IMG/VR virus record: IMGVR_UViG_3300042564_003823
Location: 32,189 to 96,188 of that record
Length of the DNA stretch: 64,000 nucleotides
Origin: a virus
Direction: 5' to 3' (one strand)
The number at the start of each line of letters is the position of its first letter. The stretch's first letter is position 1. Shown here piece by piece: positions 48,727-58,203 of the stretch. A program made the translations under genes and the position numbers. The notes below the pieces were generated by a model. The model ran no database searches and was not told the origin of the DNA. It was given only the letters and a program-made list of their open reading frames with translations.

Positions 48727-49630
48727 AATATTAGTTACCGGTGGTTATGGTTTAGTTGGGACTGAATTTGCACAAAAAAAATATGTAAAGCCAACATCAA
48801 TAGACGTTGATTTTAGAAACACAAGTGAAGTTAATGAATTTTTTAGTTTAAACCATTTTGATGGAATTATTCATTGTGCTGCTAAAGTTGGTGGAGTTGG
48901 TAGTAATATGAATTTCAAGGGAGAGTTTTTTTACGATAACATAATGATGAACACAAATGTCATTGAATCTGCCAGACGTTTTGGTGTTAAAAAATTAGTT
49001 GCGTTTTTATCTACTTGTGTTTTTCCTGATAAAGTAGAATACCCCTTAACTGAATCAAAAATACATTTAGGTCCTCCACATTTTTCAAATGATGCATATG
49101 CGTATGCTAAAAGAATGGCTGACGTACAAATAAGATCTTATAGAGAACAATATGGACTTAATTATACGTCGGTAATACCTACAAACATTTATGGTCCTAA
49201 CGACAATTACAACATAGAAAATGGTCATGTAATACCATCATTAATTCACAAGTGTTATTTGGCAAGAGAAAATAAAACAGATTTTAAAATATGGGGAACA
49301 GGAAAACCATTAAGGGAGTTTATTTTTAGTAAAGATGTTGCAAAATTAACAGAATGGGTTTTAGAAAACTACGAAGAAAGTGAACCAATAATACTTTCAA
49401 CATCTGACGAGATCTCAATAAAAGAAATTGTTGATGTAATAACTGAATTAATGAATTATAAGGGTAATGTAGTTTGGGATAAGGATAAACCTGACGGCCA
49501 ACATAGAAAGCCAAGTGATAACACTAAAATAAAAAAATATTTACCTGATTTTAAATTTACACCTCTTTATGAAGGACTAAAAGAAACTATTGAATATTTT
49601 GAAAACAATTATAATATTATAAGAAAATAA
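48716..49630 (+). CDS. fcl: GDP-L-fucose synthase
   Basis: GGYGLVG, AAKVGG, LSTCVFP, YAYAKR, PTNIYGPNDN, WGTGKPLREF. Confidence 0.95.
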   Translation: MENKILVTGGYGLVGTEFAQKKYVKPTSIDVDFRNTSEVNEFFSLNHFDGIIHCAAKVGGVGSNMNFKGEFFYDNIMMNTNVIESARRFGVKKLVAFLSTCVFPDKVEYPLTESKIHLGPPHFSNDAYAYAKRMADVQIRSYREQYGLNYTSVIPTNIYGPNDNYNIENGHVIPSLIHKCYLARENKTDFKIWGTGKPLREFIFSKDVAKLTEWVLENYEESEPIILSTSDEISIKEIVDVITELMNYKGNVVWDKDKPDGQHRKPSDNTKIKKYLPDFKFTPLYEGLKETIEYFENNYNIIRK

Positions 49631-49631
49631 T

Positions 49632-50366
49632 ATGACAAGAAAAAAACCACAACCCCAAACTGAAGATCACGAATCAAAACCCTTCTCAAAAAAAGACTTT
49701 ATAAATTCAATAGTAAAGAAAAAACAAAAAAATAAGTTTTTAACTGAAAGTCAAGAACATTATTATAACCTCCTAAGAAACAACCAAATCACAATTTGTT
49801 CGGGACCTGCGGGTGTTGGTAAATCGTACATAGCGATGAAAGCGGCGGTTGATTTATTAATGGACCCATCAAACGCATATGAAAAATTAGTTATTGTAAG
49901 ACCGGCAGTAGAAGCAGAAGAAAAACTAGGATCACTCCCCGGTAACTTAGAAGAAAAATTAGATCCCTACATTTTCCCATCTTATTACTTATTAAATAAA
50001 ATTATTGGAAAAGAGGCTCGTGAAAAATTAAAAGATGCTGAAATTATTGAAGTATTCGCTTTAGCATACATGAGAGGTATGAATATAGATAATACAATTT
50101 TAATATTTGAAGAAGCTCAAAACTCAAGTCCAAATCAAATGAAATTACTATTGACAAGAATAGGTTTCAATAGTAAATTCTTTATATCAGGGGATATTGA
50201 ACAAACTGACCGCTATAGAGACAAAAAACAATCAGGTCTTTATGACGCAATTAAAAAGTTTAATGATGTTCACGATATTGGTGTTTTTGAATTTGGTGAT
50301 GGGGATGTTGTTAGAAACCCACTTATAAGTAAGTTATTAAAAAAATATGAAGAGAATAGGGATTGA
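49632..50366 (+). CDS. phoH: PhoH-family ATPase
   Basis: GPAGVGKS, RPAVEAEEKLGSLPG, LAYMRG, EEAQN, GDIEQTD, VRNPLI. Confidence 0.92.
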   Translation: MTRKKPQPQTEDHESKPFSKKDFINSIVKKKQKNKFLTESQEHYYNLLRNNQITICSGPAGVGKSYIAMKAAVDLLMDPSNAYEKLVIVRPAVEAEEKLGSLPGNLEEKLDPYIFPSYYLLNKIIGKEAREKLKDAEIIEVFALAYMRGMNIDNTILIFEEAQNSSPNQMKLLLTRIGFNSKFFISGDIEQTDRYRDKKQSGLYDAIKKFNDVHDIGVFEFGDGDVVRNPLISKLLKKYEENRD

Positions 50367-50991
50367 GATTAATGGTGTTTTAAGGGACACTATAGGTAAA
50401 TTTACACAGTTATATGAAAAACATATGATTGAAGAAAAAGAAGAGGAATCAAAAACCTATGAAATTGATTTGTCGGGTAACACTGAAGAGTTAGTTCCAA
50501 AAGAAGAATTTGAATATAAAATTTTAAGTGATGTCACATCATTAAATTTAATGGATCATTTTAGATTTAATGACGAAGATGATTTATATTCATTTATGTA
50601 CGAAGATTTTGCAATGCAAATATTTGGTCATGCTGGTTCTACTGAAACATTTACATTTAATGACTTGAATGAAATTTATTTAAAATTTAGAGATAAAAAT
50701 GAATTGTTAATTGTTTCCGACGAAATGGGAAAATCAAAACCAGCCTCCCTATTTTTCCTCTCTAAGTTCGGATGCCAATTAGAAAAAATAAAATTTTACT
50801 CAAATGTTACAATAAATTCAATGTGGGATGAAATTGACATTTTACTTACATCCAATCCTAACTTAATATTAAATAAACCAAAAGATAAAATCGTAGTTAA
50901 ATATAACACGAACTATAATAAAAATGTCAATTGTGAATATGAAATAGTTTCATTGAAAGAATTTGACGAAGTTTTAAAAAAAATAATATAA
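50347..50991 (+). CDS. 5'(3')-nucleotidase-like HAD-fold protein with a degenerate catalytic motif
   Basis: IGIEINGVLRD in place of DxDGV. Confidence 0.55.
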   Translation: MKRIGIEINGVLRDTIGKFTQLYEKHMIEEKEEESKTYEIDLSGNTEELVPKEEFEYKILSDVTSLNLMDHFRFNDEDDLYSFMYEDFAMQIFGHAGSTETFTFNDLNEIYLKFRDKNELLIVSDEMGKSKPASLFFLSKFGCQLEKIKFYSNVTINSMWDEIDILLTSNPNLILNKPKDKIVVKYNTNYNKNVNCEYEIVSLKEFDEVLKKII

Positions 50992-51281
50992 TGTTAGAAT
51001 TTTTAGGAGAAAATTATTATTTGGACATAAATGAATTAGAGAAACAGGTTAGTTACGAAAATTCAATGTTGCCATTAACAACATCGGCAGTAACAGAAAA
51101 CCCCGAACAACAAATAAGTGTGACTAGATATGAAACATTTAAAAGTTTACTTGAGGTTATACTTACTGAACGTGAAGAATTAGATGAGGATTTGGGTATA
51201 CATGGTGCAAAAAATTTGACTATACCATTTAAAATATCATTCAATACACTATTAATAAACAAAATACTAAAAAAACTTTAA
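50991..51281 (+). CDS. Hypothetical protein
   Basis: Translationally coupled within the operon. Confidence 0.55.
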   Translation: MLEFLGENYYLDINELEKQVSYENSMLPLTTSAVTENPEQQISVTRYETFKSLLEVILTEREELDEDLGIHGAKNLTIPFKISFNTLLINKILKKL

Positions 51282-51282
51282 A

Positions 51283-52350
51283 ATGGAATTAGAAAAAATT
51301 GAAAAGATTGAAAAGTCTGTTGAAAATCTAAAAAATAAAAATGTAAGAATTTATTTTTTAGTACAAGACACTAAAGGCAACCCTAAAGCATCTGTAAAAT
51401 ACATTTACGATACCGCCTTAATTTTAAAAAACAACGGGTATAACAGCATTATTATTCATGAGTCTAACGATTATAAGGGTGTTAGTGAATGGTTAGATGA
51501 TAGATACAAAGAAATACCACATCAGTCAATTGAAGGTCAGAATCTAGCGATTTCTCCTGAAGATTTTATTGTTATTCCTGAAATTTATGGACATGTAATG
51601 GATCAATTAAAAAATTTCCCTTGTGGTAAAATCGTCCTTTGTCAGTCATACGACTATATGTTAGAAACATTATCACCTGGTATTTCATGGTCACAATATG
51701 GGTTTTTAAAAGTCATAACAACTTCTGAAAAACAAAAAAAATATTTATCTGAAATTATGAGAGGGTGTAGTTTTGATATCATAACTCCAAAAATATCCTC
51801 AGTTTTCACAAAAAAAGAAAAACCATCAAAACCATTAATTTCAATTCACACTAGAGAACCAAGAGACACGGCAAAGATTATTAAAACGTTTTATCTTAAA
51901 TACCCACAATATAGATGGATTACTTTTAGAGATATGAGAGGTATTAAATTAGAAGATTTTTCAAAATTTTTACAAGAATCGTTTGTTTCTGTTTGGGTAG
52001 ATTTAGAATCGGGATTTGGTACATTTCCTTTGGAATCAATGGCTTGTGGAACACCTGTTATTGGTAAAGTACCTTCATTAAAACCTGAATGGATGGACGA
52101 AAATAATGGAGTATGGACTTACGAATTTAATGAGATTGTCGATATAATTGCAAACTTTACTCAAAATTGGTTGGAAGATAACATTTCTGAATCATTATAT
52201 GATAACATGAAAACAACATCTGACATATATTCAACCGATAGTACGTATGAAAATGACGTTTTATCAACATTTGATGGATATATTGAAAAAAGAAAAATGT
52301 CTTTAGAAGAACAATTAGAAAAAATAAAAGAAACAACAACACAAAATTAA
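51283..52350 (+). CDS. Glycosyltransferase (GT-B)
   Basis: SGFGTFPLESMACGTPVIG (E-x7-E-like GT4 signature). Confidence 0.8.
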   Translation: MELEKIEKIEKSVENLKNKNVRIYFLVQDTKGNPKASVKYIYDTALILKNNGYNSIIIHESNDYKGVSEWLDDRYKEIPHQSIEGQNLAISPEDFIVIPEIYGHVMDQLKNFPCGKIVLCQSYDYMLETLSPGISWSQYGFLKVITTSEKQKKYLSEIMRGCSFDIITPKISSVFTKKEKPSKPLISIHTREPRDTAKIIKTFYLKYPQYRWITFRDMRGIKLEDFSKFLQESFVSVWVDLESGFGTFPLESMACGTPVIGKVPSLKPEWMDENNGVWTYEFNEIVDIIANFTQNWLEDNISESLYDNMKTTSDIYSTDSTYENDVLSTFDGYIEKRKMSLEEQLEKIKETTTQN

Positions 52351-52354
52351 AATT

Positions 52355-53167
52355 ATGGAAGAAAAAAATATATTTGATGTTTCAGTGGTATTACCTTTGG
52401 ACTCAGCAAAACACTTAGACTTTGATGAACTTTTTGGTAGAGCGATTAAATCTCTACATAATCAAACCACATCAATTAATGAATTAGTGATTGTTCACAC
52501 TAATGAAGAATCTTTAAAAATAAAATTAAACTCTTTTGATTTTAGTGGGTTAACCGTAAATATGGTTGAAAATACAGGATCTAAAGATTTTGCAACACAA
52601 GTTAACTTGGGAGTTAAAAATTCTAAAAGTAAGTGGGTTTCAATATTAGAGTTTGATGACGAATACTCTTCTATATGGTTTAAAAATGTTGATAGATTTT
52701 CTAAATCGTATGATGATGTTGATGCATTTTTACCTTTAGTTGTGGATACTGATGATAAAGGGGTGTTCGCTGGATTTACAAATGAAGCATCCTTTGCTGT
52801 TAGTTTAAATAGTGAAATTGGTATTCTAACTAATGAGGTTCTTTTAAATTATCAAAATTTTCAATCAAGTGGTATGGTAATTAAAAAATCAGTTTTTGAA
52901 AATAACGGAGGGTTTAAACCATCATTTAAACTTACTTTTGTATATGAGTACCTTTTGAGATTAACATATAACTCAGTTAAATTAATGACTATACCTAGAA
53001 TAGGGTACAAACACACCAATTTACGACAAGGATCTATTTTTTGGAATTATAAATTTGGTGAAGAAAAAATTTCAGATAACGAGGTTACTTTTTGGTTAGA
53101 GTCGGCAAAAAAAGAACATTTTTTTACCACTGACAGAGAAATAAAATACGAGCCTCAAAATGTTTAA
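52355..53167 (+). CDS. Glycosyltransferase family 2-like
   Basis: VSVVLP, RAIKSL.NQ, QVNLGV, ILEFDDEY. Confidence 0.75.
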   Translation: MEEKNIFDVSVVLPLDSAKHLDFDELFGRAIKSLHNQTTSINELVIVHTNEESLKIKLNSFDFSGLTVNMVENTGSKDFATQVNLGVKNSKSKWVSILEFDDEYSSIWFKNVDRFSKSYDDVDAFLPLVVDTDDKGVFAGFTNEASFAVSLNSEIGILTNEVLLNYQNFQSSGMVIKKSVFENNGGFKPSFKLTFVYEYLLRLTYNSVKLMTIPRIGYKHTNLRQGSIFWNYKFGEEKISDNEVTFWLESAKKEHFFTTDREIKYEPQNV

Positions 53168-53910
53168 TGGATTTATCAAATGAAGAAAAAAGCGAATTAA
53201 AGAATAAGACGAGTAAAAAAGTAAAAACTAACAATTATTTTGATACCCGTGAAGAAGAGGCTGTTAGGTTATTTATCACCTCCGAGTCTAAAGAAGAAAA
53301 AGAGGACATATATAATAATTTCCTAAAAGAACCCTTAGATAAGATGATTGAGTCTATCATAAGGAGATACAAACTATATAGAAAAGATATGAATTATGAA
53401 GACGTTCATAATGATACTCATTCTTTTTTGATGACCAAAGTTGACAAATTCAAACCAGATAAGAATAAAAAGGCCTATTCTTATTTTGGTACGATTTGTA
53501 AAAATTATTTGATGGGTCAAATTCAAAAAGAACAAAAAGATTTTAATAGAAAAATTTCATATGAGGATATTTCATCCACATTAGAAAATAGACCTGATAT
53601 GGTTTACTACATGGAATTTGAAAGTATAGATGCTCAAAAAATTATTGAGGTATTTAAACAAGATTTAAAAAAATATGTTTCAGAAAGTAATTTAAATGAC
53701 AACGAATCAAAATTAGGTTATGCGTTAATAGAGTTATTTGAAAACTATGGAAATATTTTTATTGGTAACGATAATAATAAATTTAATAAAAATATTGTAC
53801 TATTATCTTTAAGAGAAATGACAAATATGAACACTAAAGAAATACGAATATATTTGAAAAAATATAAAAGTCTTTACATAGAAACCACAAAGAGAATATT
53901 TAGTGAATAA
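53167..53910 (+). CDS. Late-transcription sigma factor (T4 gp55-like)
   Basis: NYF....E, region 2-like KFKPDK.KKAYSYFGTICKNYL. Confidence 0.7.
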   Translation: MDLSNEEKSELKNKTSKKVKTNNYFDTREEEAVRLFITSESKEEKEDIYNNFLKEPLDKMIESIIRRYKLYRKDMNYEDVHNDTHSFLMTKVDKFKPDKNKKAYSYFGTICKNYLMGQIQKEQKDFNRKISYEDISSTLENRPDMVYYMEFESIDAQKIIEVFKQDLKKYVSESNLNDNESKLGYALIELFENYGNIFIGNDNNKFNKNIVLLSLREMTNMNTKEIRIYLKKYKSLYIETTKRIFSE

Positions 53911-53934
53911 TCTAAATTGTGATATTTATATATT

Positions 53935-54303
53935 ATGAACAGAAATAGAAAAAAAGAAATATCACTTAATAAAGATTCGGTTTTAGGTTTGATGCAAGAA
54001 ATTTATAATGAGCTTGTTGAACAAAGAGCAACCGCAATAAGAATACAAAACAAAATGTTGTCCATGTTAAAAGATGCTGAAGACATGACTCTTATTGGTC
54101 CGATCATTAAAGAACAACAAAAAATTATAAACGACACAATAGAAAAAAAACTTTCCCTTTCTAAATTACAATCAACAATATGGGAAAAAACAAATAACAC
54201 CAAAGAAAGTGATTTTAGTTTATCTGATGTGGATGATGATTTATTACAATCTTTAATTAAAAAAGATGTAGACAATAGTAATAACCAACCTTACAAATTA
54301 TAA
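53935..54303 (+). CDS. Hypothetical coiled-coil late protein
   Basis: TATTTATA 4 nt upstream of the ATG. Confidence 0.55.
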   Translation: MNRNRKKEISLNKDSVLGLMQEIYNELVEQRATAIRIQNKMLSMLKDAEDMTLIGPIIKEQQKIINDTIEKKLSLSKLQSTIWEKTNNTKESDFSLSDVDDDLLQSLIKKDVDNSNNQPYKL

Positions 54304-54306
54304 ATT

Positions 54307-56094
54307 ATGGCTATTGATAATAACGAAAGTTTAAGAAAAATCAAATCTAAGATTAATGCCATTAAAACCGTCAAAAAAGACAAGGATCAGCAACGCAAAA
54401 ATAAGAAAAAAAAATTACTACAAAAATTAGACGCAAATAAAAAAGAATCGGTAAAACAGCTTAAACAATTTGAAAAGGAAGTAAAAAAACAAGCTACCGA
54501 TTTATTTGAAGAATTAATTGAGCTATTTGCTCAAACTAAAGAAGACGTACAAGACGCATACAAAGACACAAAAAAAGAATTCAACAAGAAAAAAGACGAC
54601 TTTAAAAATAGAAGAAAGGAATCAAGAAAAAATTTTATAAAAAAATTAGACCCAACTTCGGGAGACACTCTAAGTACTAAAATTCAAAGTGAATACAATT
54701 ATTTTAAAACAACGGACACCTATAGAGGACTGGCAAATATTTTATTTTTATCAATACAAAACACAAAAGCAAAAATAAAAAACTTTTTAATAGAAGACAT
54801 AATATCAACAATTGGGTGTTCAGAAGAACAATCATATGATAACATGATAAACACTCCTATTTATATAAAAGTAAAAAATATTGATCTTTTTAATATTTTA
54901 AAAACTTCACCTGATGATGAGTACGGTAAATTAAATTACGAAAAAGAAATAACCACTAACGGTACCATACCATACTCAATGAATAGAGAACTATTTAATA
55001 GACTTTCATCTTATCAATCTTTTTCACAACAATATGGTCAATCATTTATTGGTGCTTCCGGACAAGAACTTTTTGATATACAATATGTTGATAATTACAT
55101 TGATCAAAATAACATCCAACAGTTTGGGGACTTTTTTAAAGTAACATTAAAAGGTCAATTAAATAATAAGACTAAAGTAAGTGATTTTCTTAATGATTAT
55201 TTTGAAAGTATAGATGTTTTTAACTTATCATCGGTGATGAACATCTCTTTGTCTCAAATTTTTGGTGGGATTAATATTGGAATTAAAAGTTCAGAGGAGG
55301 AAATTAAGGCCTTAACTAAATTTCAAAAAGTTGTTAAAAGATTAATGGGTGCGTGTACTGACCCAAGACAAAAAATAGATGTTAGTGGAACAGGAAAATT
55401 AAGTGATTTAGATTTATTAGATAATAGTTTTTTTGATGTAACAAATTTAGAAGATGTTAATATTGAACAAACAGTCAATAGAAAAATTAATGGTCTTGTA
55501 ACTTTTGAGGGGTGTGATGAGGTTAACTTACCCGTTAATTCTCAAGCAGCATCCTCTGTTATTAATAATGTCATAAATGAAAATAATGCAGTTTCACAAA
55601 TAAATTTATTTTTTGCAGGTATTGAAGATCTCACTTCAGACCAAAATTGGCAAACCGCTGGTTTTGGTTTAGAATTAAAATTATCTTTAAATTTAGATAT
55701 AATTAAAAACTTACCTATCGCATTATTTAGGGCAATACTATCACCTAAAGTGTTATTAGGATTTTTAGTTATGATAAAATCTTTAATAACAAACACTTTA
55801 GATTTTGACGATTTATCCGATTTTTTAATTAAGTTTAAAAAATTTGTTGCAAAATTTACAAGAAATATTATTGCAATTTTTATTGAGGAACTTGCAACAC
55901 AAATAAAAAAAAATATAAAAAAGTTAGTAACATCTGTTTTAAATGATATAAAAGATGAACTTTTAGATAAACAAACTAAAATGTATGTAACAATACTTGA
56001 AGCACTTTTAATTGCGGGAAAAGGATTCTTAGATTATAGGGAGTGTAAACCGGTTATTGATGACATATTGAAGTTATTAAATTTAATTATTTAG
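54307..56094 (+). CDS. Hypothetical (probably baseplate-associated) protein with a Lys-rich N-terminus; possibly continues into 56097..56387
   Basis: 595 aa ORF upstream of the spike gene. Confidence 0.55.
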   Translation: MAIDNNESLRKIKSKINAIKTVKKDKDQQRKNKKKKLLQKLDANKKESVKQLKQFEKEVKKQATDLFEELIELFAQTKEDVQDAYKDTKKEFNKKKDDFKNRRKESRKNFIKKLDPTSGDTLSTKIQSEYNYFKTTDTYRGLANILFLSIQNTKAKIKNFLIEDIISTIGCSEEQSYDNMINTPIYIKVKNIDLFNILKTSPDDEYGKLNYEKEITTNGTIPYSMNRELFNRLSSYQSFSQQYGQSFIGASGQELFDIQYVDNYIDQNNIQQFGDFFKVTLKGQLNNKTKVSDFLNDYFESIDVFNLSSVMNISLSQIFGGINIGIKSSEEEIKALTKFQKVVKRLMGACTDPRQKIDVSGTGKLSDLDLLDNSFFDVTNLEDVNIEQTVNRKINGLVTFEGCDEVNLPVNSQAASSVINNVINENNAVSQINLFFAGIEDLTSDQNWQTAGFGLELKLSLNLDIIKNLPIALFRAILSPKVLLGFLVMIKSLITNTLDFDDLSDFLIKFKKFVAKFTRNIIAIFIEELATQIKKNIKKLVTSVLNDIKDELLDKQTKMYVTILEALLIAGKGFLDYRECKPVIDDILKLLNLII

Positions 56095-56096
56095 TT

Positions 56097-56387
56097 ATGC
56101 CGACAGGATTACCAGGATTTGCATTAGGGGGTTCAAAACTCCTAAGTGGTGTCTCTAACACAAGAGCATTCGCAAAAGTTATTGAAAGATTACAAGAAGC
56201 GGGGTTACCAACCGATGATAATGCGGATGGGTCAGCAAACCTAATGAACTTAGCATTTTTTAATCTTATTGAGGGATTAAATGAAGAATGGTTTGAAAAT
56301 GGGAAATCTGAAATTCTTATACCACCACTTGTTGTAACACCGGCAGGATTTACCTCACCAACTAAAGGATATGGAAAATCTTATTAA
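56097..56387 (+). CDS. Hypothetical protein, or the -1 frame continuation of the upstream ORF
   Basis: Frame is open from 56064 and overlaps the upstream stop. Confidence 0.5.
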   Translation: MPTGLPGFALGGSKLLSGVSNTRAFAKVIERLQEAGLPTDDNADGSANLMNLAFFNLIEGLNEEWFENGKSEILIPPLVVTPAGFTSPTKGYGKSY

Positions 56388-56592
56388 TATGAAAAATGAA
56401 GAAGTTTTAGAAATTATCAAAAACTATAAAAATAGTAGTAACAAAGATTTGATGGGTGTGTTAGATTTTTTGAAAGAGGATTTTGATAAAACTAAAGAAA
56501 TTATATTAAAACTAACATATCATTTAGATAGTACCGAAGATGCATATAATAAAATATTAGAAGAAGTTAATAACAGAACCAAAAATGTCTAG
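56371..56592 (+). CDS. Small coiled-coil protein
   Basis: Overlaps both neighbours; the true start may be the second Met. Confidence 0.5.
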   Translation: MENLINMKNEEVLEIIKNYKNSSNKDLMGVLDFLKEDFDKTKEIILKLTYHLDSTEDAYNKILEEVNNRTKNV

Positions 56593-58180
56593 AGTTGAAA
56601 AAATGGGTATGAGTGAAGTCCCACAAGAACTATCTCAAAATTTTTATTGGGGGGAATGTATTGATAGTAGTGACCCACTAATGTTAGGAAGAGCAAGAAT
56701 ACGACCACTCGTAAAAAACATTGAACAAATTTTAAAATCTGCAGAAAAAAAAGGTTTTAGTGAAACAAGTAAAACACCTGAAAAAAATGGTCCGTGGTCA
56801 GATAAAGACCCGTTAATACATTTATCATTTCTTCCGTATTTTATTAATCAAGCACCTCAAATTGGTGAGAGGGTTATGATTTTTTATTTTGATAGGAAGA
56901 GAACAACGGGTAGAAATAAGTTTTACATGTTAGCCCCTTACTCATCCCCAATGACAATTAAAAAAGAAGATTATAATTCATCAAGAACTCATTTAGATGA
57001 TGGTTATCAAAATTCTTTAGCAAGTTTACCTAATATTAGAAATAATGACGGATCATACAAAGATCCTGCAAAATATGGTGTATTTGTTGAGCCTGTTGAC
57101 ATTAGTTTAAACGGTAGGGATACCGCCGATGTTATAGTAAAAGATAATGAAGTTTTACTAAGAGCAGGAAAACACTTCCCGTTTCAAAGAGCGGAAGTAC
57201 CAACACCAAACCCAAATAGGGCTTTTTTACAACTAACAAAATTAGGGTTAAAAAAAGAAACAGGTACTACCGAAAAAATTCAAAAGTTTGTAGATAAAAA
57301 TGAACCGGTTAAGTTTTTAGTTGAGTATAGGTGTTCAACACCAAATAGTTCTGTCAATTTATTTTCGGGTGGAATTTATATTTATAGATTACCTGAAGAT
57401 AATAGTTATTTAACACAATCAAACGTTTTGGGGTATGATACCGTATTGTCAGGTAAATCATCATACCCTTTAGTTTATGATTTTACAATAGGTCCTCCTG
57501 TTAGTAACCCACTACCTCTTGATGAATTTGCAAAATTAATTAGTCAAACAATCAGAAATTTTCATGACGCACCTTCCGCTTTTTGTGAGATAGATAGAAA
57601 TCAACAATTTCCGTTTTTTTATAGACCAGACGACTCAATAAGAAACATTCTTTCTAATTTATCAGAAAATGTTGATATAGTTTCCTTAACTAATATGACC
57701 CAACTAGTTAATTTAGTTAAAATATACACAACACAAATAAAGCCAGGTTACGGTTTAATATATAAAGATTTTAAAACACCTTTACCATTTACTGTAACAA
57801 CTGAAGAGGTAACACCGGTAACAACATCTGTTTTGGATAATACTGTTGGTATTATGGGAGCCAATAAATTGTATTTATTAAGTCATGATTCAGAAGTTCA
57901 AGGAAAAAGTAAAATAGATTTAGCAAATACAATATATGGTATAACCGCAGACACAATTTTTGATGTTATTGAACCTAATACAACATCTATGGTTAGAGGT
58001 GAACCTTTATTAGATTTATTACAATTAATTGTTAATTTTTTAATAACTCATGACCATCCATATCCAATGCTTCCACCAACATCGGTATCAAGAGCATCAT
58101 TAATAAGTACAAATGATTTGCTAGTTAAAATGCAAGAAGCATATCAAAAAGTTTTAAATAGTAATATTCGGATTAACTAA
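56585..58180 (+). CDS. Baseplate central spike (gp5/VgrG/gpV-like OB-fold)
   Basis: G..ID..DPLMLGRARIR, P..GERVMI, C-terminal VRGE.L...THDHP (HxH metal-binding tip). Confidence 0.7.
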   Translation: MSRVEKMGMSEVPQELSQNFYWGECIDSSDPLMLGRARIRPLVKNIEQILKSAEKKGFSETSKTPEKNGPWSDKDPLIHLSFLPYFINQAPQIGERVMIFYFDRKRTTGRNKFYMLAPYSSPMTIKKEDYNSSRTHLDDGYQNSLASLPNIRNNDGSYKDPAKYGVFVEPVDISLNGRDTADVIVKDNEVLLRAGKHFPFQRAEVPTPNPNRAFLQLTKLGLKKETGTTEKIQKFVDKNEPVKFLVEYRCSTPNSSVNLFSGGIYIYRLPEDNSYLTQSNVLGYDTVLSGKSSYPLVYDFTIGPPVSNPLPLDEFAKLISQTIRNFHDAPSAFCEIDRNQQFPFFYRPDDSIRNILSNLSENVDIVSLTNMTQLVNLVKIYTTQIKPGYGLIYKDFKTPLPFTVTTEEVTPVTTSVLDNTVGIMGANKLYLLSHDSEVQGKSKIDLANTIYGITADTIFDVIEPNTTSMVRGEPLLDLLQLIVNFLITHDHPYPMLPPTSVSRASLISTNDLLVKMQEAYQKVLNSNIRIN

Positions 58181-58203
58181 GTATTTATTATAAAAATACT
58201 TTA

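Noticed and set aside
35714-49630. Host O-antigen/capsule locus (bacterial contamination or chimera)
   Set aside because: Interleaved with phage-type exonuclease, dut, phoH and gp55-like genes; similar base composition by eye; no wzx/wzy/wza
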